A stretch of DNA of 64,000 nt, taken from the NCBI GenBank assembly GCA_031409335.1, contig JANNWY010000278.1, positions 30,220-94,219 of the forward strand. The letters run 5' to 3'. The notes under the pieces were generated by a model. The model had not been told where the DNA came from. It did no database searches and saw nothing but the letters and a program-made list of their open reading frames with translations. Of this stretch, positions 9,907 through 18,112 are shown piece after piece (positions within the stretch are counted from its first letter, which is position 1; each line of letters starts with the position of its first letter). The position numbers were made by a program, and so were the translations under genes. This stretch comes from Chthoniobacteraceae bacterium. Lineage in GTDB: Bacteria; Verrucomicrobiota; Verrucomicrobiia; Chthoniobacterales; Chthoniobacteraceae.

Positions 9907-11946
9907 ATGAACGAATCCAAAACTTGTCCACAATGCGGAGCCACCATTCCCGCCGATGCGCCGGAGGGCGTTTGTCCCGCTTGCGCGCTGGGGCGCGGGC
10001 TGGGAGTCACGCAGATGCAGGCGGAGGAGGCGGAGTTTCGGCGGGCGGAATTGGCGACGCTCGGGGCGGCGTTTCCCGGGTTTGAATTGATCGCACTTCT
10101 CGGGCGCGGCGGGATGGGCGAGGTGTACAAGGCGCGTCAGAAAAAGCTGAACCGGCTCGTGGCGATCAAGATTTTGCCGGAGCCGTTTGGGAAACTGGAT
10201 GAATTCACCGAGCGTTTCCGCCGCGAGGCGCAGTCGCTGGCGCGCCTGAACCATCCGAACATCGTGACGATCTACGATTACGGCGAGGCGAACGGGCTGT
10301 GTTATCTCGTGATGGAATTCGTCGATGGCGTGGATTTGCGGCAGACGATCGAGGCGAAAACGCTCACCGCGGAAGAGGCGCTGCGCATCGTCCCGCAGGT
10401 CTGCGACGCGCTCCAATTCGCGCACGATCAGGGCATCGTGCATCGCGACATCAAGCCCGCGAACATTCTCCTCGATAAAACAGGTCGCGTGAAAATCGCG
10501 GATTTCGGCCTCGCGAAAATCGTCGGGAAAAGTCCAACCGATCTCACGCTCACGGCAATGGGCGACGTGATGGGCACGCCGGAATACATGGCGCCCGAGC
10601 AGCGCCGCGCGTCACAGACGGTCGATCATCGCGCGGATATCTATTCGCTCGGCGTGGTCTTCTACGAAATGCTGACGGGCGAAGTGCCGATGGGACGCTT
10701 CGAGCCGCCGTCGCACAAGGTCACCATCGACATTCGCCTCGACGACGTGGTGCTGCGAACGCTGGAGCGCGAGCCAGGGCGGCGTTATCAAAAAGTCAGC
10801 GAGGTAAAGTCCGGCGTGGAGACCATCACCGCCGCGAGTCGGCTGCGCCCGATGAAAAAGGAACGCCGTTTTCCGCTCGGCTTCACCGCGCTGTGGACGC
10901 TGCTCTCCGCGCTGCTCTGGTTTTTCCTCGGCGAATTCTGGCGCTGGGAAGGGAAAGGCGTCATCGCCGGTGGCTTCGTGCTCGCCGCATTCATAGGCCT
11001 CGCGCTCTACACGGCGCGGCAGCGTTTCCCGATCATCGCGGAACGGTGGCGCGCGGAGAGCTGGCCGTGGCGGGCCTTCCGCGTCGCGGGCTGCATTACG
11101 CAGTCCATCGTGGTCGTCGCGCTCGTCCTCAGCGCAACCCTGAATCTCGCCGAGCGGACCCGCTGGCCACACTCGTATCTAAAAGGCGAAAAATTCGCGG
11201 CCCAATACAAGGGCGAGGAATACAAGCTCCTGCGCGAACTGAAGGCCTACAAAACCGAAATCCCGAAGGCAGAACTGGCCGGCCAGGAACTCGGTTGGAA
11301 CGCCGGTATCGCGTTCCTCGGTACGTCCCCGCCCAATCACCGCTATTTCTCGACCTTCAGCATCCTCGCCCAGCTTTTCCTCGCGCTCATCCTCCTCGCG
11401 AATTCCGTAAACGCGCTCGTGGCCACCGATCAGTTCCGGCTGCGCGTCGATCCGCACTGGCGGCGGACCATCTGGCCGATCGCCGTGCTGAGCTTCGCGC
11501 TCTGCGCCGGCTGGTGTGCCAAGCATTTCGTCGTCTTCCTCCGCGACGTCGCGGCGATGGGGGCGACGATGCGCCAGGGGCGCGCGTCGGTCGCGGTGCC
11601 CCTCGCGGACGTGGAGAAAACGCTCACTGCGAAGCTCAAGTCGGAGGGCTTCCGCATCGGCGAGAGTCGGCAGTGGAAGCTGATGTCCGTGCCGGAAGGC
11701 CGCGATCTCGGCGGGGTGCGGATCGCCAATTTTTGGAAACCCTCGCCCTTCGACCGCTGGGCGTGGCACCGCGGCTGGCTCGTGCCGATTTCGCCGTTGA
11801 TCTCGGTGCGCTACCTGGCGAGCGAAAAACCGCTCGAGACCCAGGTGGAAATCACCGTCACCCCGCGCCGCAGGCAGGATGATCCCGCATCCCAAGCACT
11901 CCTCCAGAGTCTCAAAGCCACCGTCGAGTCGGCCACGAAGCAGTGA
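9907..11946 (+). CDS. Membrane Ser/Thr protein kinase (Hanks type)
   Basis: N-terminal CxxC...CxxC, 'GRGGMGEVY', 'VAIK', 'HRDIKPAN', 'DFG', 'GTPEYMAPE', followed by ~5 transmembrane segments. Confidence 0.93.
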   Translation: MNESKTCPQCGATIPADAPEGVCPACALGRGLGVTQMQAEEAEFRRAELATLGAAFPGFELIALLGRGGMGEVYKARQKKLNRLVAIKILPEPFGKLDEFTERFRREAQSLARLNHPNIVTIYDYGEANGLCYLVMEFVDGVDLRQTIEAKTLTAEEALRIVPQVCDALQFAHDQGIVHRDIKPANILLDKTGRVKIADFGLAKIVGKSPTDLTLTAMGDVMGTPEYMAPEQRRASQTVDHRADIYSLGVVFYEMLTGEVPMGRFEPPSHKVTIDIRLDDVVLRTLEREPGRRYQKVSEVKSGVETITAASRLRPMKKERRFPLGFTALWTLLSALLWFFLGEFWRWEGKGVIAGGFVLAAFIGLALYTARQRFPIIAERWRAESWPWRAFRVAGCITQSIVVVALVLSATLNLAERTRWPHSYLKGEKFAAQYKGEEYKLLRELKAYKTEIPKAELAGQELGWNAGIAFLGTSPPNHRYFSTFSILAQLFLALILLANSVNALVATDQFRLRVDPHWRRTIWPIAVLSFALCAGWCAKHFVVFLRDVAAMGATMRQGRASVAVPLADVEKTLTAKLKSEGFRIGESRQWKLMSVPEGRDLGGVRIANFWKPSPFDRWAWHRGWLVPISPLISVRYLASEKPLETQVEITVTPRRRQDDPASQALLQSLKATVESATKQ

Positions 11947-11949
11947 AGC

Positions 11950-12843
11950 TCAGGGAAGCGAAAAATAGTCCGCGCCCTGATAGTTACCGTCCACGAGTTT
12001 GGCGATCTGCATGAGCACATCGTTCGCGAGCGTGCTCGCGCCAAAGCGGAAAAGATCGGGCGTCAGCCAGTCGTCGCCGAGCGTTTCGGATAGCATGACG
12101 AGATAGGCGAGCGCTTCCTTCGCGGTGCGGATGCCGCCCGCCGGTTTCATGCCGATCCGGCGGCCAGTGTCGTAGTAGAAATCGCGGATCGCTTCGAGCA
12201 TCACGAGCGTGACGGGCAGAGTGGCGGCGGGCGCGACTTTGCCGGTGCTGGTCTTGATGAAATCCGCGCCCGCGCGCATCGCGAGGTCGCTGCAAAACCG
12301 GACCTGATCGTAGCTGCCGAGTTCGCCGGTCTCGAAGATGACCTTCAGATGCGTCTCGCCGCAGACCTGTTTCACCGCGGCGATTTCATCGGCGACGCGT
12401 GCGTGTTCGCCCATGTGAAACGCGCCGCGGTCGATGACCATGTCGATTTCATCCGCGCCCTCGACGATGGCGAGCCGAGTGTCTTCGAGCTTCACACTGA
12501 GCGGCATTTGTCCGCTGGGAAAAGCCGTCGCGACCGCCGCGACATGCACCGGTGACGAGCCGAGAAAGCGGCGCGCGGACCGGACGAGATTTGGGTAAAC
12601 GCAGACGGCGGCGCAGCTCGGGACGTGGTATCGCGGATCGGCAGGCTGAATGGCTTTGCGGCAGAGATAGGCGACTTTGCCGGGCGTGTCCTTCCCTTCG
12701 AGCGTGGTGAGGTCCATCATCGAAACGACCATCTTCAGTCCCGCGAGCTTCGCTCCGGTTTTGATGCTGCGTTTGGTGAAAGACGCGGCGCGTTCCTCGA
12801 CCATGACCTGGTCGATGGTCGGTGAGGCTTGGATCGTTTTCAT
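11950..12843 (-). CDS. deoC: Deoxyribose-phosphate aldolase (long type)
   Basis: 'MDLTTLEG', 'GADEIDMV', 'LKVIFETGEL', 'FIKTSTGK', 'KPAGGIR', 'RFGAS'. ATG at 12843 chosen. Confidence 0.9.
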   Translation of the reverse strand: MKTIQASPTIDQVMVEERAASFTKRSIKTGAKLAGLKMVVSMMDLTTLEGKDTPGKVAYLCRKAIQPADPRYHVPSCAAVCVYPNLVRSARRFLGSSPVHVAAVATAFPSGQMPLSVKLEDTRLAIVEGADEIDMVIDRGAFHMGEHARVADEIAAVKQVCGETHLKVIFETGELGSYDQVRFCSDLAMRAGADFIKTSTGKVAPAATLPVTLVMLEAIRDFYYDTGRRIGMKPAGGIRTAKEALAYLVMLSETLGDDWLTPDLFRFGASTLANDVLMQIAKLVDGNYQGADYFSLP

Positions 12844-12850
12844 AGCGCGA

Positions 12851-14107
12851 CTATGCCGGAATGCCGATGGCTTCGACAAGGCTGCGACGATACGCGGCCC
12901 AAGTATATCTTTCCGCCGTCGCTCGAGCGGCGTGTTTCATCGCGAGGCAGCGTTCGGGGTCGCGGATCATTTCCTCCAGCTTTTCCGCGATCGCGGTCGA
13001 GGAGGCGATGGGAACGAGGTAGCCGTCGATGCCATCCGAGATCAGGTCACGCCCGGCGGTGTGCGGAGTGGCGATGACGGGAACGCCGCGTGACATCGCC
13101 TCCAAAATGACGAGTCCGAAGCCTTCAAAGAGCGATGGGAGAACGAGCACGTCTTGCTGTGCGATTTCGTCGAGGACTTGCTCGTGAGGCAGCGAAGGAA
13201 TCCAGCGATAGGTTTGCACCGCGCGGTTCAGTGCCGCGCAGTTTTCCACCACCTTTCGGCCCAGCAAAGTCAGCTCGACTGCCGGGCCGAGGGATTCCAC
13301 GGCTCGAATGAGATAAGACAATCCCTTCCGTTGACCCAGCGAACCGGCAAACAAAACACGCAAGGCCGCACCCGGCTTTCGAGCGGTCAAGCTCCCGTGA
13401 AACTCCGGTGCGCCATAAGGAACGACGTGGACCGGTTTGTCTCCGATATCCGCGCTTTGCAGCGTGTCGCGGGTAAAGCTGCTGGCGACGATCACCTGAT
13501 CGGCCAAAGCAAGTTCGGCATCTTTGCGCGCCCGCTTCTCCTGACTATCGGAAGCACCAGTCAGCGTCACGGCCCACTCCGGCTCGCGCTGGGTTTCGCT
13601 GCGGTAGATTTCGGCGGAGACCTTCCAATAGCCGATGGGTAGCTCGTAAATGCACCGCAAGCCAAGAGACTTCGCTGCCTTAAAAGTCTCCAGCGCACCG
13701 TCTTCATAGCAATACACCGAGGCAATCCCTTTCTCCGCGCGGACCCGCCGGGCCACCCTCGCGTCGAAAGCGCGATAAACACTGTCGATGCCAAACGGAG
13801 CCTTCTCGCCATTCACGAGGCTGCCTAACTTAAAGCCACCCGCTAAGTGGCGAACGATTTCGTGAAAAGGCGCGGTGCGGCATTTCCGATGCAAAGGCTG
13901 CGGAGGAGTCCGGCGGTTAAGAAACTTGCTCAACGACGATGGACACACCGCGCGAAGCAGCCGATTCGGACGCCACGTGATACAGGTCCAAAATTCGCGA
14001 AGCAACCCCGCCGCCTCCAACGCCAAGGCCGCTTGGTACGCGTTCGCGTTGCCGGTAGGATGTGAAATGAGCATCGCGGCTTTCATGTTCCGCCTCTTGT
14101 TGCTCAA
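12851..14107 (-). CDS. Glycosyltransferase family 4 (GT-B)
   Basis: 'FAGSLGQRKG', 'LPSLFEGFGLVILEAMSRGVPVI'. Visibly less GC-rich than its flanks. Confidence 0.9.
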   Translation of the reverse strand: MSNKRRNMKAAMLISHPTGNANAYQAALALEAAGLLREFWTCITWRPNRLLRAVCPSSLSKFLNRRTPPQPLHRKCRTAPFHEIVRHLAGGFKLGSLVNGEKAPFGIDSVYRAFDARVARRVRAEKGIASVYCYEDGALETFKAAKSLGLRCIYELPIGYWKVSAEIYRSETQREPEWAVTLTGASDSQEKRARKDAELALADQVIVASSFTRDTLQSADIGDKPVHVVPYGAPEFHGSLTARKPGAALRVLFAGSLGQRKGLSYLIRAVESLGPAVELTLLGRKVVENCAALNRAVQTYRWIPSLPHEQVLDEIAQQDVLVLPSLFEGFGLVILEAMSRGVPVIATPHTAGRDLISDGIDGYLVPIASSTAIAEKLEEMIRDPERCLAMKHAARATAERYTWAAYRRSLVEAIGIPA

Positions 14108-14141
14108 TGTACTGGTTTGTCTGCCAAACTAAATGCAGGCA

Positions 14142-14492
14142 CTACCTAGTGCTGCGATGGCTGGAAATCCACTGAACAGTCTTTCCCTCTTTGAGGCCCA
14201 CTTGAAAGCCGGAGAAGACAAAATCTTCCTTCGTTCCGGTCGGTGCATCTGGGAGCAAAAAATATAGGATCTCATCGATGTCAGAATTACCGTCTTCAAA
14301 TTTCGGATTCTTATCAGCCGTCAGTGGCGTTCCGAAACGGGCAACAATCGCATTACGAGGAGTTCCCGAAACGATGAATTTCCGAACGTCATCTTCAGTA
14401 TATGAAGGAGTCAAAGCTGACAGATTCCTCGAACACGAAGGTGAAGATAATATCCCGAGTATTGAGGTTAAGTAGAATATCTCCAGTCGCAT
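14142..14492 (-). CDS. Small exported or lipoprotein-like protein (weak BamE/SmpA-like motif)
   Basis: AT-rich 116-aa ORF; hydrophobic N-terminus ending in Cys; 'GTPRNAIVARFGTP'. Confidence 0.5.
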   Translation of the reverse strand: MRLEIFYLTSILGILSSPSCSRNLSALTPSYTEDDVRKFIVSGTPRNAIVARFGTPLTADKNPKFEDGNSDIDEILYFLLPDAPTGTKEDFVFSGFQVGLKEGKTVQWISSHRSTR

Positions 14493-14516
14493 ACGGTCGT
14501 AAAAACATCACTGCCT

Positions 14517-15338
14517 TCACGACAACCGCACAAAATCCCTCAAGAACTGAAACCAAATAAAGAACAGCCCGCGCCACGAATAGCGCACTTCGCCGGCGGC
14601 GTTTTTTTTGAGGACTCCGGCGGTGAGGTTGTGGGTGATTTGGGTGGTGAGGTCTTTGGCGATTTCGGCCTGCATTTTTTCGGCGTCGAGAGGTTCGAGG
14701 TCTTCGATGATGATGCCGTTATTGCGGAGGAAATCGCGGTGGCTTTCGTGCAAACCTAGAAAACTTTGGTCGCCGCGGACGCGGTTGACGCGCCATTGGG
14801 GGACTAACATGAGGCTATAACTAAAAGGGTAGTTCCACGTTGTCCAAATGCGGCCGTCTTTGGCGCGGGAAGATAGACTTAGGTAGAAGAAGGCGACGTC
14901 GTTTTGGTCGATGAGGCAGACGGCGGCCTGGGTGCGGTCGTCGGCTTTGTAGAAGAGGCGGAAGAATTGCTGGTAGTCGTCCCAGTCCCAACCGGCGTCT
15001 TCGACGTGCTCGAAACGCTCGCCTTCGATTTCTTCGGTGAGTTCTTCGAGAGCGGGGAAGGTTTGCGCGTTCGGCGGAGTTTTGTGGCGCAGGCTTTTAT
15101 CGACGGGGAGGGTGAGGCGGCGGACGCGGGTGAGGATTTCGAGCCAGGGGAGGAGCAGCCAGCTCGAGCCGAGGAAGACGCCGACGATCCAGTAGCCGGT
15201 GAAGAGCCAGCCGATGAGGAAGGAGGTGGCGAGGATGCCGAAGGTGCCGATTTTTTGGAAAAAGATTCCGTTGAGCGTGCGCAGGCTGAAACTGAGCGCG
15301 CCGACGCCGAGGACGAGGAGAAGATTGGACAGCGTCAC
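14517..15338 (-). CDS. Hypothetical membrane-anchored protein
   Basis: 273-aa ORF with ~3 N-terminal hydrophobic segments; GTGA overlap with the glutaredoxin gene. Confidence 0.7.
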   Translation of the reverse strand: MTLSNLLLVLGVGALSFSLRTLNGIFFQKIGTFGILATSFLIGWLFTGYWIVGVFLGSSWLLLPWLEILTRVRRLTLPVDKSLRHKTPPNAQTFPALEELTEEIEGERFEHVEDAGWDWDDYQQFFRLFYKADDRTQAAVCLIDQNDVAFFYLSLSSRAKDGRIWTTWNYPFSYSLMLVPQWRVNRVRGDQSFLGLHESHRDFLRNNGIIIEDLEPLDAEKMQAEIAKDLTTQITHNLTAGVLKKNAAGEVRYSWRGLFFIWFQFLRDFVRLS

Positions 15339-15589
15339 GGCGTGATCGTGTGCTTCGTCATGAAAACGGCGAGTTCGTCGGGACCGAAATCGGCGAGCAA
15401 TTTGCCGTCAGCAGTGACGAGCGTGGGCGTGCGGGTCTGGCCGGAGAGACGGATCATTTCATCGTAGTCCGCGCGGTCCGCCTCCACGTCGATCTGGCGA
15501 TATTGGTAGCCGCGACCCCGCAGCCAGTCCTCGGCGCGCACGCACCACGGGCACCATGTTTTGACGTAGAGTTTGAGTTCGGCGGGCAT
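15335..15589 (-). CDS. Glutaredoxin family protein
   Basis: 'WCPWC' dithiol and 'SGQTRTPTL' cis-Pro loop. Confidence 0.88.
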   Translation of the reverse strand: MPAELKLYVKTWCPWCVRAEDWLRGRGYQYRQIDVEADRADYDEMIRLSGQTRTPTLVTADGKLLADFGPDELAVFMTKHTITP

Positions 15590-15598
15590 CTGTTTGGG

Positions 15599-15973
15599 TT
15601 ACTTCTTCGGTGTTTCGGCGGCGGGCTTCTTGGGTTCGTAAGCAGCCTTCCATTTTTCGGAGATCGATTTCACGTAGGTTTCGACGTTCTTCCTGTAAAT
15701 CTTGAGACCCGCGGGGACTTCTCGCGCCTCCAGGATGCGCACTTGCTTTGTATCCGTGATGAAATTCGCGCCGGCAAGTTGGAGCACCACTTTCGTCTGC
15801 GATTCCTTGAACATCAGCACGGGAAACACGTCACCCTTGTCCATCATCCACTTGGCACCGTCCGAAAGCTCGACCGGCATGTCTTGGATCAATGCGGCGT
15901 ACAATTTGTATTCGCGCGCATTTAGCCCGGCGGCGAATGCGACGGTGAAAACAAGAGCGAGAAGACCTTTCAT
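15599..15973 (-). CDS. Hypothetical secreted protein
   Basis: Signal peptide MKGLLALVFTVAFAAGLNA; promoter-like motif directly upstream. Confidence 0.7.
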   Translation of the reverse strand: MKGLLALVFTVAFAAGLNAREYKLYAALIQDMPVELSDGAKWMMDKGDVFPVLMFKESQTKVVLQLAGANFITDTKQVRILEAREVPAGLKIYRKNVETYVKSISEKWKAAYEPKKPAAETPKK

Positions 15974-15979
15974 GCCGCC

Positions 15980-16008
15980 ATAGTGGCGACGGTCCGCAGG
16001 GAAATCAA
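15980..16008 (-). promoter_or_regulatory. Putative sigma70 promoter, leaderless arrangement
   Basis: TTGATT-N17-CACTAT-N6-ATG(15973). Confidence 0.45.
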
Positions 16009-16153
16009 TGGGCGCTCTCGGGCCAGTCAAGGCCTGCCGCCGCGAGCGCGGTCATGGCGCGAACTTCCGTTCTCGTAGTTGAAGTCGCAATTTTCACTCA
16101 CGATGGTGGGTGAATGGGTCGGCCCGTGACCCGGCGGCATTTCCTGCCGCGGC

Positions 16154-16459
16154 TCAAAAGTAATAATCGCAATTCTCCTCGCTCGCCGCCTTGCGCCGGA
16201 TGCGGAAGACGTGCGCGGGGTTCGACAGCGGATCGAGCCGCACGAAATTTCGCCGGCCCGTCCAGAGATAGTGCGTGTCCGTGAGAAGATCGTGCGCCTG
16301 ATACGTCTCGTCCTCGCCGAAACCGAAATCCACCAGCGGCACTGAGACAAACGCATCCTGCCGGTGCCACGCATCAAGGTTCAACACGACGAGCAGCAGA
16401 TTGTCGCGCGCGCCCGTGGCTTTTGAGTAGCAGAGCACGAGGTCGTTGTCGGCTTTCAT
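16154..16459 (-). CDS. Stand-alone duplicate of the GlgE C-terminal ~99 aa (gene fragment or mini-gene)
   Basis: By manual alignment, 85 of 99 aa are identical to the C-terminus of 19532-21736. Intact frame with its own ATG. Confidence 0.8.
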   Translation of the reverse strand: MKADNDLVLCYSKATGARDNLLLVVLNLDAWHRQDAFVSVPLVDFGFGEDETYQAHDLLTDTHYLWTGRRNFVRLDPLSNPAHVFRIRRKAASEENCDYYF

Positions 16460-16535
16460 GCACGGAAGATGTTTGGGCGCGCTGCGCAGGGTCTGTTGCC
16501 CCGCCGTTACGGGCTGAAGCCCAGGACTGCTTTCG

Positions 16536-16757
16536 CTACGGCTTCGTGATCTCCACCTCGTAAAACTTCCTCGCTTCGGTCGCGGTGGGATCGGTCACGG
16601 TGCGTTCGAGGCCGTTGTCGGTGAAGGTCGCGCCGGGGAGCGTGGCCCACGTTCCGGCGGTCAGGTCGGTCTTGAACTTCACCGTGTAAGTGCGGCCGAG
16701 GGCGAGCGGGGCGAAGATGAGCTTCCTCTGGCCGGGCGAGCCGGTGCCACTCGTATC
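16536..16757 (-). pseudogene. 3' remnant of a secreted-protein gene (verrucomicrobial-type C-terminal module)
   Basis: Startless frame reading ..GSPGQRKLIFAPLALGRTYTVKFKTDLTAGTWATLPG..RTVTDPTATEARKFYEVEITKP*, with an in-frame TGA just upstream. Confidence 0.55.
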
Positions 16758-16819
16758 TCATTTGATAATTGAACTGTCCCCTTACCCCTCCTTTCTTTAT
16801 CCTCATTCTCTTCGCTACG

Positions 16820-18112
16820 ATGAGTGATTCAACGTCTCCACAACGCACGGTTCCCGAAGACAAAGCGATCCTCAGTGCGCTCAAGCGTGGTGAGAAAGCC
16901 GGCGGATCAAACGCCGACCGCGAGAAAGCGAAAGCCCTTGCTGAAAGAGCCGCGGCCGGACTGAGCGATCCGGTTCAGCGCGCGGCGTTCACCCGGCTCG
17001 CTGAATACTTCGCCACACGGACTCGGATGAAGGAAATCGGCCAGCCGCTTGTGCCGCCGCTCGCAGATATTCTCGCACTCGGTCAGGCCGGCTTCGTGCA
17101 GAGCGCTGAGTTTGCGTGGGCAAATGCGGGCGACGCCGTGCTCGATTATCCACTCCCGGAATTGCTCGCTGCCGTGCCCAGCGCACGGATGCTCGAAGCT
17201 GTGGCGCGCAGGCATCGTGATCTCGCCGCACAGGCGCTCGCGCTCGTTTTAGAGCGTCCTGAATTGGCTGAAACTTCCGCCGCATTCGACTGGGTAGCAC
17301 AGCACGCGAAGCCGAAGGAACTCTCGAAGCTCGCTCCGCAAATCCTCTCAGGCCACCCGCGCCGTCGGCACCTTCCGGCGCGCGAGGAAGTGCTGCGTGT
17401 TGCATTGCTCCGCGACAAATCCGGCGAACTGCTGCGCGCTTGCCTCGCGATTGCAAAGGGGCACAGCCCTGCCTTCGACCGACTTCGCATCGCCGTGAAC
17501 ACAACTCCGAAACTGCTCGTTCAGTTTATCGGCGGCCTACCCAAAACCATCTGCGGCCCGGACGGTGAAATGGCGATGCAACTGCTGGAGTCATGGCTTC
17601 CGGCGTTTCCGAAAGCAGAACCCGCCACGCGCGAAAATCTCTCCGGCGTGCTCGCCGCGCTCGCCGGGTTGCTGCTCCGGCAACCGAAACGTAAGGACGT
17701 GCAAACGCATCTGCTTGACGCCCTCGCCCGTGCCGCGTTCCCGTGGTTGCTCGCGATGGAAGACGCGCAGGACACGTCTGGCTTTTGGCTCGTGGCTCGT
17801 GCGGACGATTTCACCAAGGCTCGCAAGCCCAGCGGAAACATTTCGCACTACGGTGCCGGCCTGCTCGCCAGCTCGATGGAGAAGGCAAAGGCCGGCTTAG
17901 CGGCGGATGCACTGCTCGAAGCTCTCGCTCTGAACCTCGGCCTGGAACAGGTCGGTGCTCGCGATGAGAGCGTGAGCTTTGACCCGAACTTGCACGAAGA
18001 TACTGTCGGCGGACTGCTCGCGAGTGACCCGGCCACTGTCAACGAACCCGGCTGGCGGCTAGGCGATCAACTCGTCCGTCGCGCCAAAGTAACCCCCGAT
18101 AGCCATGCCTGA
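16820..18112 (+). CDS. Helical protein with a C-terminal GrpE-like domain
   Basis: C-terminus 'LGLEQVG..VSFDPNLHED..VNEPGWRLGDQLVRRAKV' matches the GrpE beta-domain pattern (FDPxxHE..GY/WxLxxxxxRxAxV). Preceded by ~360 aa of Leu/Ala-rich sequence. Confidence 0.7.
   Translation: MSDSTSPQRTVPEDKAILSALKRGEKAGGSNADREKAKALAERAAAGLSDPVQRAAFTRLAEYFATRTRMKEIGQPLVPPLADILALGQAGFVQSAEFAWANAGDAVLDYPLPELLAAVPSARMLEAVARRHRDLAAQALALVLERPELAETSAAFDWVAQHAKPKELSKLAPQILSGHPRRRHLPAREEVLRVALLRDKSGELLRACLAIAKGHSPAFDRLRIAVNTTPKLLVQFIGGLPKTICGPDGEMAMQLLESWLPAFPKAEPATRENLSGVLAALAGLLLRQPKRKDVQTHLLDALARAAFPWLLAMEDAQDTSGFWLVARADDFTKARKPSGNISHYGAGLLASSMEKAKAGLAADALLEALALNLGLEQVGARDESVSFDPNLHEDTVGGLLASDPATVNEPGWRLGDQLVRRAKVTPDSHA

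Noticed and set aside
1956..10130. Long opposite-strand ORFs 1956-3581, 4743-6986 and 7815-10130
   Set aside because: Shadows of pdhAB, the hydrolase gene and the membrane protein/sigma genes, with no motifs of their own.
16507..16884. 125-aa minus-strand ORF in the track
   Set aside because: No recognisable features. A different frame (16536-16757) carries the protein-like remnant.
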